Shown: positions 1 through 14,099, counted from the whole stretch's first letter. The stretch is 63,177 bases of DNA, filler included, from Choristocarpus tenellus KU-1152 (GCA_964200185.2; 13 parts of 13 records of this genome joined end to end with filler, not necessarily neighbours in it), one strand, 5' to 3'. Numbers and translations: made by a program. The notes: generated by a model from the sequence alone, not told the origin.

Positions 1-1680
1 CCCCCCCAGATACTTTGACCCAGTGGGAAAATCATTTCAAGTCAACAAAAAGGCCCGGGGGGGGGGAGGGGAGATTTAGGTCACAATAATGGGGTTAAAT
101 CAGATACAACGATACGGCAGGAATGTCTCCACAGTTCGAGTTGCACAAGGAGTGGAAATAAATGTGTTCAATTAAAAGGAGCATATATAAAAAAAAATAT
201 GCTACATTCCCCTCATTGACAAATATATGTATGTACATATTTTTATATATACTTGTATTCTAGTGGCATATAAGTGTCTAGGGAGATGCTGTTTGTTTAG
301 ATGAACCCTGAACCATCATTTTTTTTAAATGCACGCTTTGCTGATCCTAAGTACATAATGTAGCTACGAAGGTCTCACACCCGAGTCAACTCACAGGCAG
401 CTACGACTGATCTAGGTTAGTACATGCGCGATACACGTTTTAGTCCTTAAGGAACCCATCCAGACGAGTCCCTACCAGATTACCCAAGGCAATAATGACG
501 AGGGTGCATGAACACTGTTCGAGCAAAGGATAGATCCCGGACTAGGGGTGGGAAGGTGGACTTGAGATTACAAGTATAACACAGACATTGGAGGGAGGTG
601 ATCTCCAACAGCCTTTCAAGGTAAGAGGAGTTCAAGAACACACAGAGGGTGGGGGAGAATAGACTTATGAAACTCCTAATCAAAACCAGCTGAAACCTCG
701 TCAAAGTGTTAACTTTACAGTCCCCACTTCACACTTTCAAGCAAATAAAAAGGGTAAAAGGAGTGTGGCTAGCCAAGAATTGGGGGTATTCAGACTTATC
801 TAGACTAATACATGCCCATTACATGATCTAGCCCTTACGCAGTCCATCCAGAATATCCTCTACCAGACTACACAAGGCAATGCTGAGGAGGGCGCATGAA
901 CAAATATTTGAGCAATGGGTTAACCCCTGACTAGGGGTGGTAATGTGAACTTGAGAATACAGGTATGGCACAGAAACTGGATGGAGTTGATCTCCAACAG
1001 CCTTCCAAGGTAGGCGAAGTTCAAGAACGTACAGAGGGGGGGAGCGTACACGTCTGAAACTCCTAATCAAAACCACCTGAAACCCGTCAAAGCATTCAGT
1101 ATTACAGATTCCATCCCAAACTATCCACCTGTAATATATATATAATAATAAAGAGGGAGCTTCATGTCAGAAATACAAGGGGTGTGTGGGTAGCCAGGAA
1201 CTGGGGTACCAAGTGCGAGGGTGCATAGCTGCAAGTGATAGAACCCAACAATGACTTTAAGATACCTTATGCGGGTGCAATATTCAATACCTCAAGGATA
1301 ATTCGGCTTAGAATAGTTGGGTTGGATGTAGAACAGTTTTTACTCCAAATCTATAAAAAAGGAAAGAAGGGTTAGTCATAGGTTCCGCGAGTCTGCCCTG
1401 CGGTTTCATTTGGTGGCTGACGTACCCACTGGGAGTATGCCAGAAAGGGGGCTGCTTGGGTAGACTAGCGGGAAATGGGGGGGGTCAGAAGGGATAGACA
1501 CATAGAAAGGAATAATATTATCAGGGGAAGAAAAGTGGAGCCAAGTAGGACAGCCAATGGGGGTGGCCAGAGAGAACATATTTCAGGGGTGAGGACTATG
1601 GAGGCGTTGGAGATAGCTGGGGTAGGGTTATTGACAGCGGAACATGTTGTGGGGAAGAGAATGATTTGACAGATGGCATA

Positions 1681-1938
1681 GAGTGAAAGTATCTTAGAGG
1701 GTACGGGTTTTGCCCTGTTTGTCCGTTTGGTGCTTGACTTCCCACGGGGGTTTTTATTACATTTTCCTACTCCAAAATGTATGGGAGTAGGTAAAATGTG
1801 TATGTTGTGAGAAGTCGTGTCCAGAACAAGGGTATTGACACTTCCTAACAACACGATAGCCAAAATTACATCAAAATCGAAACATTGGATTTTTGCCCCC
1901 AAACGGACGTGACTCTACCCTCTAAGATACTTTGGCTC
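1681..1938 (+). mobile_element. MITE family A, full copy, TSD ATA
   Basis: TIR GAGTGAAAGTATCTTAGAGGGTA...TACCCTCTAAGATACTTTGGCTC; 11 copies in the window. Confidence 0.92.
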
Positions 1939-3225
1939 ATATCGAGATGGGAGAGGAACGGGATCCAACCTAACCTTCAACATGTTTGCCCTTGTGTTGA
2001 CTGGCAGGAACAGTCCCTGGGTCAGGGAGGGGTGGTGATGTGCTTGAGTGCCGTGCAGCCATGTAGGCCAGATGATCAGTTGTTTCTCCTACTCAGAGGT
2101 GTAATGAGATAGCCTGGGAATAATGACCCGAGTTCCGTACAGATAGAGGATTGAGTAGGTGGTTAGACCCAAGGAGGTCGAGAACTAGACAGAACGAAGC
2201 CTCTAGCAGCGGTCATGTGATTTGTTGTAAAGTAAGGAAAACAAAGTAACCACAGGTAAGGATAGAATTTCAGCAATCCAGTATCACCACAGATAATTTT
2301 CATAACTCCCAACTCCCCACACAACACTCCACGATCCACCCAGGGCGGAAAGGGATGGAGAGGAGCCACACAAAAAAATAGGCAGTGAGCCTAAGAAGAG
2401 GAGACCTCGGTTATGGAGAAGGATTGTAGGGAGAAAGCACCGCACTCAAATGCTAGGAATGGAGGTTGAGCTACCAAGGCTAGGATTGTGTTTCTCGTTT
2501 CTTTCTAGCAAGAGCATTAGAGCGTTGGACTTACGATGAAGGGGGGAGGGAGTACACGGAGAATTGGTAGTAAGGAAGGAGGTAGGGTGGAGTAGGGGAG
2601 TGGAAATAGTGAGGTGGGAGGATAGACCCCGAGTACATAAAGTAGAGGTAATACTTACAGGGTCGACAGGGGGTCAGGGTGATAAGGGAGCAGTGCGGGC
2701 ATGGTTTAAAGTGGAGGGAACAAAGGGGGGAAGAAAGTAAAGGAGGTTTGAGGTGGTAGTAGCTACTAGGGAATGCTTCTCATAACCCCCCCTGATGCCC
2801 CGCTGATGTCAGGTAGGCAGGGAAAAGGGGGAGGGTGACTACAAGGGAGCAAGCAACGTGTGTCTTGAGTAGATTAGTAATGAAACTCAAGTGGAGACCA
2901 GAGGAGGATGCTTTGCATTCGGGGAGGGTAGGGGGAGCCACGAGATTGGCAACCATCGGGGTATCGGAACTAGTAATACAGAGGGGGGGATATGGAACGC
3001 GAGTGCATTTATGGTATACGTCAGGGCCAACCAGAGGGACCCAGTGCGGGTTTCAAAGGGCCTGGCGGAGAGTAGGAAGGATTGGGCATAACCAGGGCAG
3101 GAGGTAAAGGGATGAACTAGAAGGTAATCAACCCCGAAAGGAGAGGGGAGGTCAAGTTCGAGCGGGGTAGATATCTTCTAGCTCAAAGGCATGGTATGAA
3201 GTGGATGATTGTGGAGTGGTGTTGA

Positions 3226-3482
3226 GAGCCAAAGTATGTTAGAGGATAGAGCCGCGTCCATTTGTAGACCAAAACCCCACGTTGCGATTGTGATGTAATT
3301 TTGGCTATCGTGTTTGTTAGGAAGTGTCAATATCCATGTTCTGGACACATTTTCATAATGTATACATTTTACCTACTCCGAAACATTTTGGAGAACCAAA
3401 ATGCCATAAAATAACCCATCTGAAGCCAAGCCCCAAATGATCAAACAGGGCAAAACTCGTACCCTCTAAGATAATTCCACTC
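3226..3482 (-). mobile_element. MITE family A, full copy, TSD TGA
   Basis: Reverse-orientation copy with the same TIRs and interior. Confidence 0.9.
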
Positions 3483-4224
3483 TGAATGGTATGGGGTGAG
3501 TGGAGTGGTAACTGCTGTGGGGTTGACGTAAGTGGTAACTTGTGTGGGGTTGAAGGGTGGGGGGGGTGACTGGAAATCAGTGGCGAAGGGGTCGCACTGG
3601 TTGGTCATCAGATATGGGGGGNNNNNNNNNNNNNNNNNNNNNNNNNNNNNNNNNNNNNNNNNNNNTTAATTAATTAANNNNNNNNNNNNNNNNNNNNNNN
3701 NNNNNNNNNNNNNNNNNNNNNTCTTGGAACGTGGGAGAGAGGACAAAACTGGAGGGTCGGGGGGTGGGTTGGGTTGGGAGAACAAAGTTGACCCCTTCCC
3801 CCCCCCCCCCCCCCCCCCACACACACACAAATCTGCTACCCTAAATTATCACTGCATCTGATGTCATGCACCCGTATCATGTTTGGGATGGGCAACAAGG
3901 GAGAGGATACCGCAAAACACAATTGCAGTTGTCCGTGTAGAGTTAGGTTAACATTTGGTGGTGCATATTTTGATGGTTGGGAGGAGTGAGATGGAACTTG
4001 TGTTGCACAGTACGAGTTTGTGGCGATGTTAGAAGGGGGGGAGCATGGAGCAGTTTGAATTGATTGTTGAGGTCAAAGATAGAGCAACATGGAGTTAAGA
4101 CATACGAGAAGTTATCGGTGGTGTTGGTGAACTGAACTTTTTGTGCAAAGCTCTAGCTTAACCAAATTTCCTTTCTTCCTCTTTGATATATGACCTAAGA
4201 TATTTATATATATATACTTAAGGA

Positions 4225-6440
4225 GTGGAAGTGCCAATTGGATCACTCCAAACACTATTACAGTGCTTCCGAGCTCATGTCATGAGGACGAAGCTGAGGG
4301 AGAGGATCCTAAGACATGCATGCTGCCCTCTAATGCAGGTGTCCACCTTTCTTCTGTCTCTTCCTTTCAAAGAACACATGAACCAAACAATCCACACCCC
4401 TACCCATTACCTTTGACTCACTGCTTTATTCGGTGACAAGAGTTGCCGATTTCTTCCTTGCTTGTGATGTGTTTCCACTCCTGACCTAGAATATTCTCAC
4501 GGTGGTAGTTTTGTTGTGGAGATGCCAGAGTGTTGTCGATTGTGATTAGATTAGTGAGTGAGGTTAATGATGTCTACTGTGTTTGCATCAAAGAACTGTT
4601 ATTGCTACAAATTGTACGATGGGATGTGGCATGATATTTGAAAAGGTAGAATAGTGAGTTTCTAGTAGCGTAGTAGAACCAGCAGCCGAATAATAGGCGT
4701 CCACAGTGTCAAAATCTTGTTGCACAATGAATGTTTTGGGACACATTTGTAGTGGTTTGAAGTAGTATTGCTAGAGGAGGTAGGTTGTTGCGGTATATAC
4801 GTAATGTGTATGTGCACAAGACATGGCAGCCCCTGCTTCTCCTCTGGTTTCGATGCCTTCAAACACTTTCTGAACACTGGCAGTTCCTTTCAACGATATT
4901 CAAACACATGTGTGAGATACCTGAATGAAGTCTTGCAGAAAAGGTCCCACCCTTGTCATTTGGATTACTAGCAGTGGTGGTGGACGTGGTGAATGATGTG
5001 CTAAGGACTTGATTTTTCTTCACTGAGTGTGTAGTGCATCACCATTATGCTGCCCCCCCTTCAGTATTATGATAAAGATCGATCGGGAGAGTGTGCCTCG
5101 ACCTCTCTCTGGTATTTCTCGTCCTTTTCACGGATTTTATTCCATCTATTTTGTTATGAGGCTGTGACCTCGAGAAAAATGAATAAAACATGTTTAGATG
5201 GCACCATATGATCATCATGTAGCCTATCCTGTTGCTCATGATCAACTAAAGGACAGAATTTGTGAGGATACTGTAAATATATACAGAGTGAGTAGTATGC
5301 ATCTGTTTGAGCAGTGGAGAATGGATTCAGAGGCAGAATTTCTGTCCTACTTTTGGGAGCTTGAAGGCATTCCACCAAGAATAGCCAGCTTGGAAAGGGA
5401 AGATTCGTTTTATCAGATGTCAAGCAACCTCATGCTGGGAAGTCAAACGCCTGAATCCATGGTGATGGGAGGGAGGTAACCCGGGTAGATATTGAGATTT
5501 TCGTCAGTGCAGAGTCTCATGCCTGTTGCATTGGGTAACTGACACTAGCAATAGTGCTGTACTGTAATGTGCTGATCACATGGGGAGTTCAGAATGCCAT
5601 GGCAGCAAGAGTTGTGCTGTTAGCCCCAACAGAATGTGAAAAAAACTAGGGTCAATGTATTGTTCATTAATGGATTGATGGATTAAACCCTTTGTTATGT
5701 ATGAAGTTTTTTCCTTCTTGCTGGCGGCTTAAAAATCAAATTGTTTGACTACTGCGGTTATGTTGGAGGGTTTCCAGTTCGTGCTTTTTTCTCCATGTCA
5801 ATATTTCTGATTCCTCTCTTTTCTCCAACTTTAATGTCCTGCGATCTTAGAAATACATCCTGATAATGAAGCAAATAATGGTCCACCAATGACCCTCACA
5901 TGTCTACTTAAAATAGAACTGTCCTGGGAGCAGAGCAGGGAGTTTTTTTTGCCTGTGACTGGTGATTGAGTAACTTTGAATCAATTTTCGTTGAGGTGGG
6001 CTGAGGGTTTGGTGGTTGATTTGTAGGACATGATCATGTGGGAAGGTCATGCATTCATGTGAAAACTGTGATTACCTGTGTAGGTTGTCAGTCAGATGGT
6101 TTCCCTGTATACAACCTGGAAAGCACTTACATAAGTAGAGCGGATTCAAAAACAGTGCAGATGGCATCAGGTACAGTAGAGATATTGATTCACTCTCTGC
6201 AGCAGCAGACGGCATGTAACAGCCTCTCACCAAAATTGAGGATGGAGCATACAATGGAGGATGGGTTTGACCCAAAATAGTGCGTGGAAAGTGCCTGATG
6301 GGTTTTTTTGTAAATGCTGCGGCACTTTTTAAGGGCCCCTTTTTGAATGGGATATAGTTTTGTTCAAAAATATTTCGGTGCTTGTGGAGGGCACCACTAC
6401 GATTTGGAAGCGACCTCGACCAAGTCAAAGGTATAAGGAC
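4225..6440 (-). mobile_element. Decayed non-LTR reverse transcriptase relic
   Basis: Degenerate RT-order segments FIFLEVTAS, GTFSARLHSGISHMCLNIV and NTVDIINLT (YADD-like). Confidence 0.4.
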
Positions 6441-7086
6441 AGACAGGNNNNNNNNNNNNNNNNNNNNNNNNNNNNNNNNNNNNNNNNNNNNTTAATTAAT
6501 TAANNNNNNNNNNNNNNNNNNNNNNNNNNNNNNNNNNNNNNNNNNNNCTTTTCCAGGGAGAACCAGTCCCACCCCCAAGTTCAACTACTTGTGAGGTGGC
6601 CACATCACAGGCACAGTTCGGGGACTCTGTGCTATCGTACATCGCGCACCACGTTAACGAGTGCGCCACGCCGCCACAGAATCACACGATTCACATATAT
6701 TTAGTATTTAAATTTTTCGAAGTAGTCCAATATTTTTTGGAGAAGTGTCTTCTAAATAATTGTTACTTTTACAAGGGTCATTGTGATACAGGTATGCTTT
6801 CTTACCTGACAAATCTGGAAAATGTCAACGACCATAGTAATATTTTTATGATGAAAGAGTAGTTGAGATGAAAATATTATACTGTATTGGTAGGAATGTT
6901 GAACAGAAATGTTTAACAATACTACCTACTATTATTAGTATTATTGAGAAAAGGAAATGGTACAGGATGAACCACATCGCGCGTATCCGCGCGCACCCCT
7001 TCTTTTTGGTTTGGTTGTTTATCTACGTTCAAGTGTTGACCGATAGAATGTGGAAATAGCAAAAGAGGGGTAGGGGATGAGGGAAA

Positions 7087-7160
7087 GAGAGAGAGAGAGT
7101 GAGTGAGAGTGAGTGAGAGTGAGTGAGAGTGAGTGAGAGTGAGTGTGCGTAAGAGAGAGA
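7087..7160 (+). repeat. (GA)n/(GAGTGAGAGT)n microsatellite immediately upstream of the BAR gene ATG
   Basis: Direct reading of the sequence. Confidence 0.9.
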
Positions 7161-7176
7161 AAGTGCTGACGCCAGT

Positions 7177-9583
7177 ATGGCAATGAGGTTCAGGAAAATG
7201 CGACAGGGTTTGATGGTGAGATAATTCATTGTCGAATCTTGCTACCTTCACTAAAACTGCCGTTGATAATGTGTAAACTTGCAAGGTTTGACCTCTCCTG
7301 TTCTCCTTGCCCTTGCAGCAATCGATAGGGATGAAAGAAGAAAAGTTAGCTCCGGACCCTGTTTTCGACGAGAAGGTGCAAAGGTAAGCCTGGGAGGTAG
7401 GCTTGAATGTTACTCTCGATATCTCTTGTGTTGGTCAAGTTCCAACCTTACTTGTGGGTGGACAGGTTAAACGAACTCCATAAGACCCTTTTTGAGCTTC
7501 ATGAGGGTATGCAGTTGTACCTCACAAGCTGGAAGGCTATGTCCCAAGCTTCTGAGGCGATCTCGCGGGGTCTAGCCAAACTGGCTGCGTCGAAGTCTTC
7601 ACCAGTCAAGGACATGGTGAGGGTGGCACTTGCTTTTGAATGCCCCCCACACTTATGCACCCCCTTCAGATAATGATCCTTTCGTGCAGTACCTATCTCT
7701 TCCGAAAAAAGACTGGAAAGGAATGTCAGACTCTCATGCTATCGACTTCTCTATTCCTGAACTCTGGTAGGCAATGGAATTTCAAGCTGCGCACATGACA
7801 ATCGAACGGAGCATTAGAACCCCGGCATCCAGGTGGGCTAAAGAGAACGCGTGACTACCATGGGTGCATGCATGACAACGTAATGTGCGCATTGCAGCAC
7901 GGCTATCATCTACCATCGTCTCTAGGTAGAATGTGGAGCTCCAAATTCGTTGTCTGATCTTGGGATCAACCGTTGCTATGTAGTTTGTCTAACTGGCCAG
8001 AAAGCAACACCAAGCATCTGATTTGGAAATACGAATTGGGGGAATGAAAGGCGTTCACCTGCTGAAAGTCTACTTCAGACCAAATTCCTTCCCCCCTCCA
8101 CCCACATGTCCTGATATGCAGAATCGCTAGGGATAAGGCGCTGCAAGAGACAGGAGTGCTCTTGAGTAGGGTCCCTCCCATCTATCGCAAGATTAGCCAC
8201 CGACGAAAACTGGTGGTGAGCCACAGCATGCTTTGCACTGATCTGCATCATGGTGCTCAAAATTAGAAATGTTGAAAGATTAAGAACGGGACGAGGGCTG
8301 CGAGTAGTGTTTGGTCGTATTATTTTCAGCAGAGTTTGTCACTCTGGACCCTCTGTGCAGAGTTCTTGCCAGCAGAAGCAGTTGCCCATTGCTCAGGGTC
8401 TGTGCAGGGGTCTCATTTTTTGTTTTTGTTGCTCATATTACTCCACCAAGTGACTCATGAAATTGCTGTTTACCTCTCAAACAGACTTTTTTTTTACATG
8501 AATGAATATCAAATTTGTGAGCAGGGTGGAAGCATGTTGTTTGTACTGATGGATATTTTTTCTTGCAAAAATATGTGACCCTTTCCAGCTCCAAGTACCC
8601 CAGGGATAGTGCCATGTACCCAGATCAAGGGTGCTGTGACCTCCCCTCTCCTGCGATAGTCTTCTGTTAAACCTGTTGGACCACTCTCTCTTCATACTAA
8701 TTTATAATTGAACGCCACTGGTTAAGGTCCAAACACTACTAGTGGCAGTTCCCGGTGCAGAATAACCCGATTGATTACAGTGCACTGTATATGATGAAGT
8801 TTCCGAGATGACAAGTCAATCCTAGGCACCCATTGCACCACCGAACTCAATCGTATCCTGTTGTTCGTATCATGCTCCTCTTATCACTTGTTTTGGATTA
8901 AGATTCCCTATGCTGGAAGCTACCACTACCAATGTTTGTCTTTGATACCCTAATGTATATTTGCTCAACACTTTGTGGATGTTGGTGGGTCACCTATCCT
9001 GTGCCAGGCGGAACTTGAAAGCTGGCAGGCCAAGGTTCAAGCTGAGCCGTTGGAAAAGGATGGTCGATTGGGGGCAGAGCGGAGGAAGCTCATGGCGTCT
9101 ATGGAAGTGGCGTCCACTGCAGTGAATGGAATCACCCAGGAGATTATTACATCTATAGAGCAGCTTGAGACAGAGCGAGGGACAATGCTTGTTCCGCAAA
9201 TCTCCATGCTCGTCGGATGCCAGGTGTGCTTACATACCCACCTCTGCGATAACATTGTGAAACCACTTCACTGTGCCTTCAAAATCAGTTCAGAGATGGG
9301 TACTTCACCACACCAGTAGGCGCAGTATTTACTCCTACCAGGCGTTTCACGGGGATCCGGTGTTATGTTCGCTCTCTTCTTGACCTGGTGGGGTCCCCTT
9401 CAACTGTTGTGTCTGGACTCCTACAAAATACTCCCACTTACGAATCATCCATACACCTCCGTTTTTCATCCCCTTATCTCCTCCCCTCCTCCCGCGCAGC
9501 CACCCTTGAACACCCCCGCATCCCTTGACCTTGTCCTAACCGGCAGGCGTTTTTCTTTCGTAAATCGTCGGAGGTGCTGGAAC
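7177..9583 (+). CDS. BAR-domain protein, 3' truncated by contig end; exons 7177-7215, 7319-7383, 7466-7616, 7771-7832, 8122-8215, 9008-9223, 9547-9583
   Basis: GT-AG exons join in frame: MAMRFRKMRQGLM|QSIGMKEEKLAPDPVFDEKVQ(R)|LNELHKTLFELHEGMQLYLTSWKAMSQASEAISRGL...VPPIYRKISHRRKLV|AELESWQAKV...LVGCQ|AFFFRKSSEVLE. The pattern is an N-terminal amphipathic helix followed by helical BAR-like segments. Confidence 0.75.
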
Positions 9584-11232
9584 NNNNNNNNNNNNNNNNN
9601 NNNNNNNNNNNNNNNNNNNNNNNNNNNTTAATTAATTAANNNNNNNNNNNNNNNNNNNNNNNNNNNNNNNNNNNNNNNNNNNNGTCAGGGCCCAAACGGA
9701 CACCCTGCTGTAGATCCCCCCCCCCTCCCCAGATACTTTGAGCCTGATGGAGTTAGATTGAGTTGTTGCTGGAGGAGGAAGGCCACCATACACGACCCAC
9801 CACTGCATAGATCTATGTTTGGAGAGTGCGACTGGTATAATGTTCAATGGGGAAGGGGTAGAAGATGTAATACGCTGTATATGGCCATTGTTTGTTTAAG
9901 AGTGATTGATGTTTATCTGAATTTATTTGTGAACTCCTTTGATACAGGGGGGAATATACTGCCCAGTACTCTGAGGGTGAGAAGAGGCGACCCAGAGGGT
10001 TTAACTGTAAGGTCCTCCTTGCTACTTGTTACGGACCTTACAACCAAAATCCTACGGGATTGCAGAGAACGAGTGTAACAAAAACAATTGTAGGCAAATT
10101 GAGTTGGTGTTTCTAGGCATTGTGAAGGAGGATATCACAGAACACAGGAGGCAGCGAATAGCCCAGTGGTGGAACCAAGCCCACGTCCACATATTGTCCA
10201 TCGTAAGCGAGGCAGCCCTGCCATATATTTGAGCAGGGGGGGTTGTAAGAGGTTCCCTTGCAATGTGTGGGGAGAATTCAGCGGGTGGAAGTGGGAGATC
10301 AGAACACACACTCGGTTGGGATGCACATGAAGGAAGCAACACATGTAGAAGTGGATGCCTTCAAGGGTTGCAGGAGGGGGCCTCCCAACAATTGATACGG
10401 ACAGTGGAGCATAAAATTTCCATGACTAGGAAGACTTGCCCGCTGCATTTTGGGCATTCTTGCTACATGACAAGCAGAATCAGAGTGCATATTCTCAATA
10501 GCTTGGAATATTGTGACCTAAAGATAAACAGAGGCTGGACCCAGGTTATTTGCAGCTTGATGCCTTCCTTTGCAACACCTGGATGAAGGTAAATGTATAG
10601 GAGATTGCCAAGAAAGGCAACATAAAGGATACCACCTAAACACTGAATAAGCAGTAGAAATGCGTAGCCAATACACATACAAACATACAAATACATGTAG
10701 AAAAGCCTTCGAGACATCACATCAAAGAGTATATCTAGTACTGGGAAAAGAGAGGACAGAAATGAAGCGCGAACTATATATAGTGTTTGGAGAGAGGTAT
10801 CTTTTACATTTACGAAAACTGCTACTTTTACATATAGTAGTTTCTTGTGATATTGGTTTGTCATTTTCCCTGACACATACACAGAATGTCAGAGGGCATA
10901 ATAATATGTAAATGAGGAGCATGTCAAAATATTTCCGCCTTGGGGGGGGTTCCTCACCATTCATGAGGCCTCTTACCTCGCACCATTCGATTGGAAAGGA
11001 GTGAACAGAAAACTTCTGACCTTATTCAACTTACAAATTCTATTGGTTGACAATAAAGTTGTGTCCGGTGAAAAATCTTTTGAAAGGTATGCGCGTGTCT
11101 TGGCGCGAGTTTTTCGTTTTCTAGAGTTCCATTAGTAGACTGATTGGATACCTAAAACAGATAAACTTGTTTCCAATCATCACTCTGCTTGGACAGGTGA
11201 AGGAGATTCAGTGCCGTTAACGGCCAACACAG

Positions 11233-12648
11233 ATGGAAGGAGAAGAACCGAGGATTGGTGATGGGGGTAAAACTAGAGTAAATGAATGGGAGAACGAGGA
11301 AGAACCCGATGGTGGTGTGCCTGGTGCAAATGTGAAAGAGGTCCCATTTGGGGATCTCGACAGCGCGTCTCTTGACGAAAGACAGGCAGTGTCAGCTCTC
11401 AGGGACAACATTGCGAGGAAGGGAAAGAACTCCTACTACTATGCTCATAACAGGTGGTATTTATGTACCCTCAGAAGAAATCGGATTCAACTTCCCACGC
11501 TCCCTGTCTAGCCTCTCTCGCAAAGAGCTCTCTCACGTAACCACAGCTGAGTGCTTTGTGGAATCTGACCTCTTTAATTATTCAAAGGAAGCTCTCTAAC
11601 CCCCTTAACCTCTACTTCTCCCGCTCCCTTTATTACGTAGTCGCCCTTCGACGCCTTTTGCTTGAACATACTTGTACGTGCCCTTTCCAAAGTGTCAAAA
11701 GCATCCCTCTCAAACACTTTCACTTTCACGCTTGTCTCGTTTCGCCATCTTCCATGCCCTACATTTTCTAGGTTCGCAAGAGCTATATTACACGAAGTAG
11801 GTGTATGTTGGGGAGTCGTTTAACACTCCGCTGTCTTCCGTTTGTGTCTCCTCCTTATAGCTGCTGCCACACTGTCGACGATTCCTTTCATCAAGCGTCT
11901 CGTGTCCTTGGTTGACGTGCTATATTTGTACACCACGGGCAATGAATGAGATCCCCTTCCTCCAGATCCCTCAACCAAGAATACGGAGGGATGTCTTCTC
12001 GTATACCAAACCTAGTCTATTTCGCCAGGGGGTGTATCAACAGCAAGGACACCCTCCACACCTCTAACAACCGTTGCGCCCCACTCCACCAGGGTGATGG
12101 ATGCTCCTCTGTGGGACGGACAGCAGGCGCCTCGTCTTCTGACCGCTGGGGATTCTCCTGCTCTTAACACCCCTAGGAAGAAAGCAAAGGTCTATACAGT
12201 ACCAATTTATATGCAGCATTATCTATTTTGCCCTACGTCCTTCATAGATAGAACTTAGACTTGTACATAGTGTCTTACCGTATTCAGTCCCTACCTCCCA
12301 ATCCCCTCCCTAAATAATGAGGGCAAAAGAAAGCACGAATGAACTCTAACTGAGACTGCAGGTACTGTCGTCTGTTCAGATGTTACACTCTTATGATGTG
12401 TTATCCCGCTGGGAAATTACCGTTTCCCGTATCATGCTGTTGTGTACTTTTGCACTGTGCAGGGACTTTCCTTGCTGGAAAAGGTCGAGTCAATACTTAC
12501 AACCATGAATACCCGACATGTGTTTCCAGTATGTATATTATCTTTGTTCCACCTTGTCTGCAACACTACCGTGCAGCCTCTTAATCGCGACTAAGATTTG
12601 TTTTCAGAAATTGCTTTTGCGGCCACCAGTGCAAGAGTCAAGATTAGT

Positions 12649-12689
<41 letters not shown>

Positions 12690-13244
12690 CAGATTCTCTA
12701 CACTAATCTAAACCCGCCATCGCCCCCTCCCCCCGGCCTGACTTTGTGTGTGATACATTTTCATCGTATTCTGTTGAAGTGTTCAATACCCTCCTGGCGT
12801 GTTTTGTTTCCAATTTGAAGTACTACTCCCCTTGTAAGGTACTACAGGACTAGTACCACTGCACATGAACAAAAAAGGCTTCTGCATGTTCATGTGTATC
12901 ATGCAAAAGTTTTCTTGAGTTTGTGAGGAGGCGTGCTTCACACGACAGAAACACCAGAAATGATGATCTCCGCAATGGCACCTGCAATTGATTGTAGGCC
13001 TTAAGCCCTTTCTGTCAGGGGTAGGACGACTGGTCCCACCTTCTCCTTGACCTGTTGTTGTAATGTGATGCCCTTGCTTGCCCCTTGTGAACGCTCCATA
13101 CATTCCTGCACAACCCCCCCCCCCCCACTCCACAAGCGTGTGGAGAATATTACTAACTATGCATGGTCCAATGAGAAAACCAAAGTGAAGATATACGTGC
13201 CCGTGGAGGGGGTGGAGAAGTTGGACGACGAGCTCGTTTCTCTG
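11233..13244 (+). CDS. CS (p23/SGT1/CacyBP-like) domain co-chaperone, 3' truncated; exons 11233-11453, 12093-12189, 13137-13244
   Basis: In-frame exons give ...DNIARKGKNSYYYAHN(R)|VMDAPLWDGQQAPRLL...KAK|RVENITNYAWSNEKTKVKIYVPVEGVEKL. ITNYAWS...VKIYV matches the start of a CS domain. Confidence 0.8.
12652..12685 (+). repeat. (GA)n microsatellite, intronic
   Basis: Direct reading of the sequence. Confidence 0.9.
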
Positions 13245-13888
13245 GTGAGGAACTTGGACTGACATCAGGTTGCATGCAAGTGCACTTTAGTGTGGTTGTT
13301 GCTCGATTGCAAGTGGTCCAAAGAAGTACACGTGTAGTATACGTAGGTCTGTTTTTTTTGTTTTTTCTCTGTATGCACTGGTGTTACACGCGCATCAACG
13401 CTCACATCCTCTTCATGTTGGATGAAGGTACTGTTGTTCTGTCCATTCTGGCTGGATGTGGTTGAGCAGTAGCAGGAGCTTCTCAACAGGGATAGTTTTT
13501 AGCGCTTTTTGCCTCCAATATGTGTTTGTGTATGTGTGCGTGCGTGTGTACGGATGGCATCTGTAGTCATGGACGTTGCGAACTGATAAGGTGCTCTGCT
13601 CTCACCTTAGTGCACTAGTTGTCGACCTCCTCGTTAGAGCTCAACTGTAACCTAATCTGTGCTGTTGGTGCTCATAGTAGGTGAGAGGCATTCTTGTCAT
13701 TGCCTGGTCACATTCATCACAGTAGTTTCCCCTCATATGGTCTCTTCTTGTTGCCCCCCCCCCCCCCTATCCCACTCCACCCCCACACNNNNNNNNNNNN
13801 NNNNNNNNNNNNNNNNNNNNNNNNNNNNNNNNTTAATTAATTAANNNNNNNNNNNNNNNNNNNNNNNNNNNNNNNNNNNNNNNNNNNN

Positions 13889-13987
13889 GCATACGTCGGA
13901 TGGATACTGTAAATGCACTTTTCCTTATTCTGGTCCAAATGGACACCCTGGTGTAGACCCCTCCCCCCCTCCCAGATACTTTGGGTC
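13889..13987. mobile_element. MITE family B fragment at contig edge; similar edge fragments at 1-21, 9684-9744, 29016-29088 and about 32980-33023
   Basis: CCAAATGGACACCCTGGTGTAGACCCC...AGATACTTTGGGTC. Confidence 0.85.
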
Positions 13988-14099
13988 TAATCAAGCACTT
14001 AGATACAAAGGGGAAAATGACGTTAGTGTGGAACACACAGCGATGAGGAAGAGGCAGTTGTCTGGTGAGCTTGAAAACAGGTAGACATGGAGGCTTTTT

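Larger units (their letters stand above)
400..3600 (-). mobile_element. Decayed non-LTR retrotransposon 3' region(s), possibly with a C-terminal restriction-like endonuclease
   Basis: Two diverged tandem 3' ends lie at about 410-745 and 800-1115. There are degenerate GVKNCSTSNP, LGVS and SIALCSL segments and many frameshifts. Confidence 0.45.

Noticed and set aside
1465-1902. Recurrent ORFs such as KPSPKWTNRAKLVPSKILS (also 35995, 38967, 39940)
   Set aside because: These are chance translations through the non-coding MITE A, and the frames are not conserved between copies.
3622-3721. Recurring palindrome TTAATTAATTAA inside N runs
   Set aside because: This is an artificial six-frame-stop linker used to concatenate contigs. 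Adjacency of genes across linkers therefore has no biological meaning.
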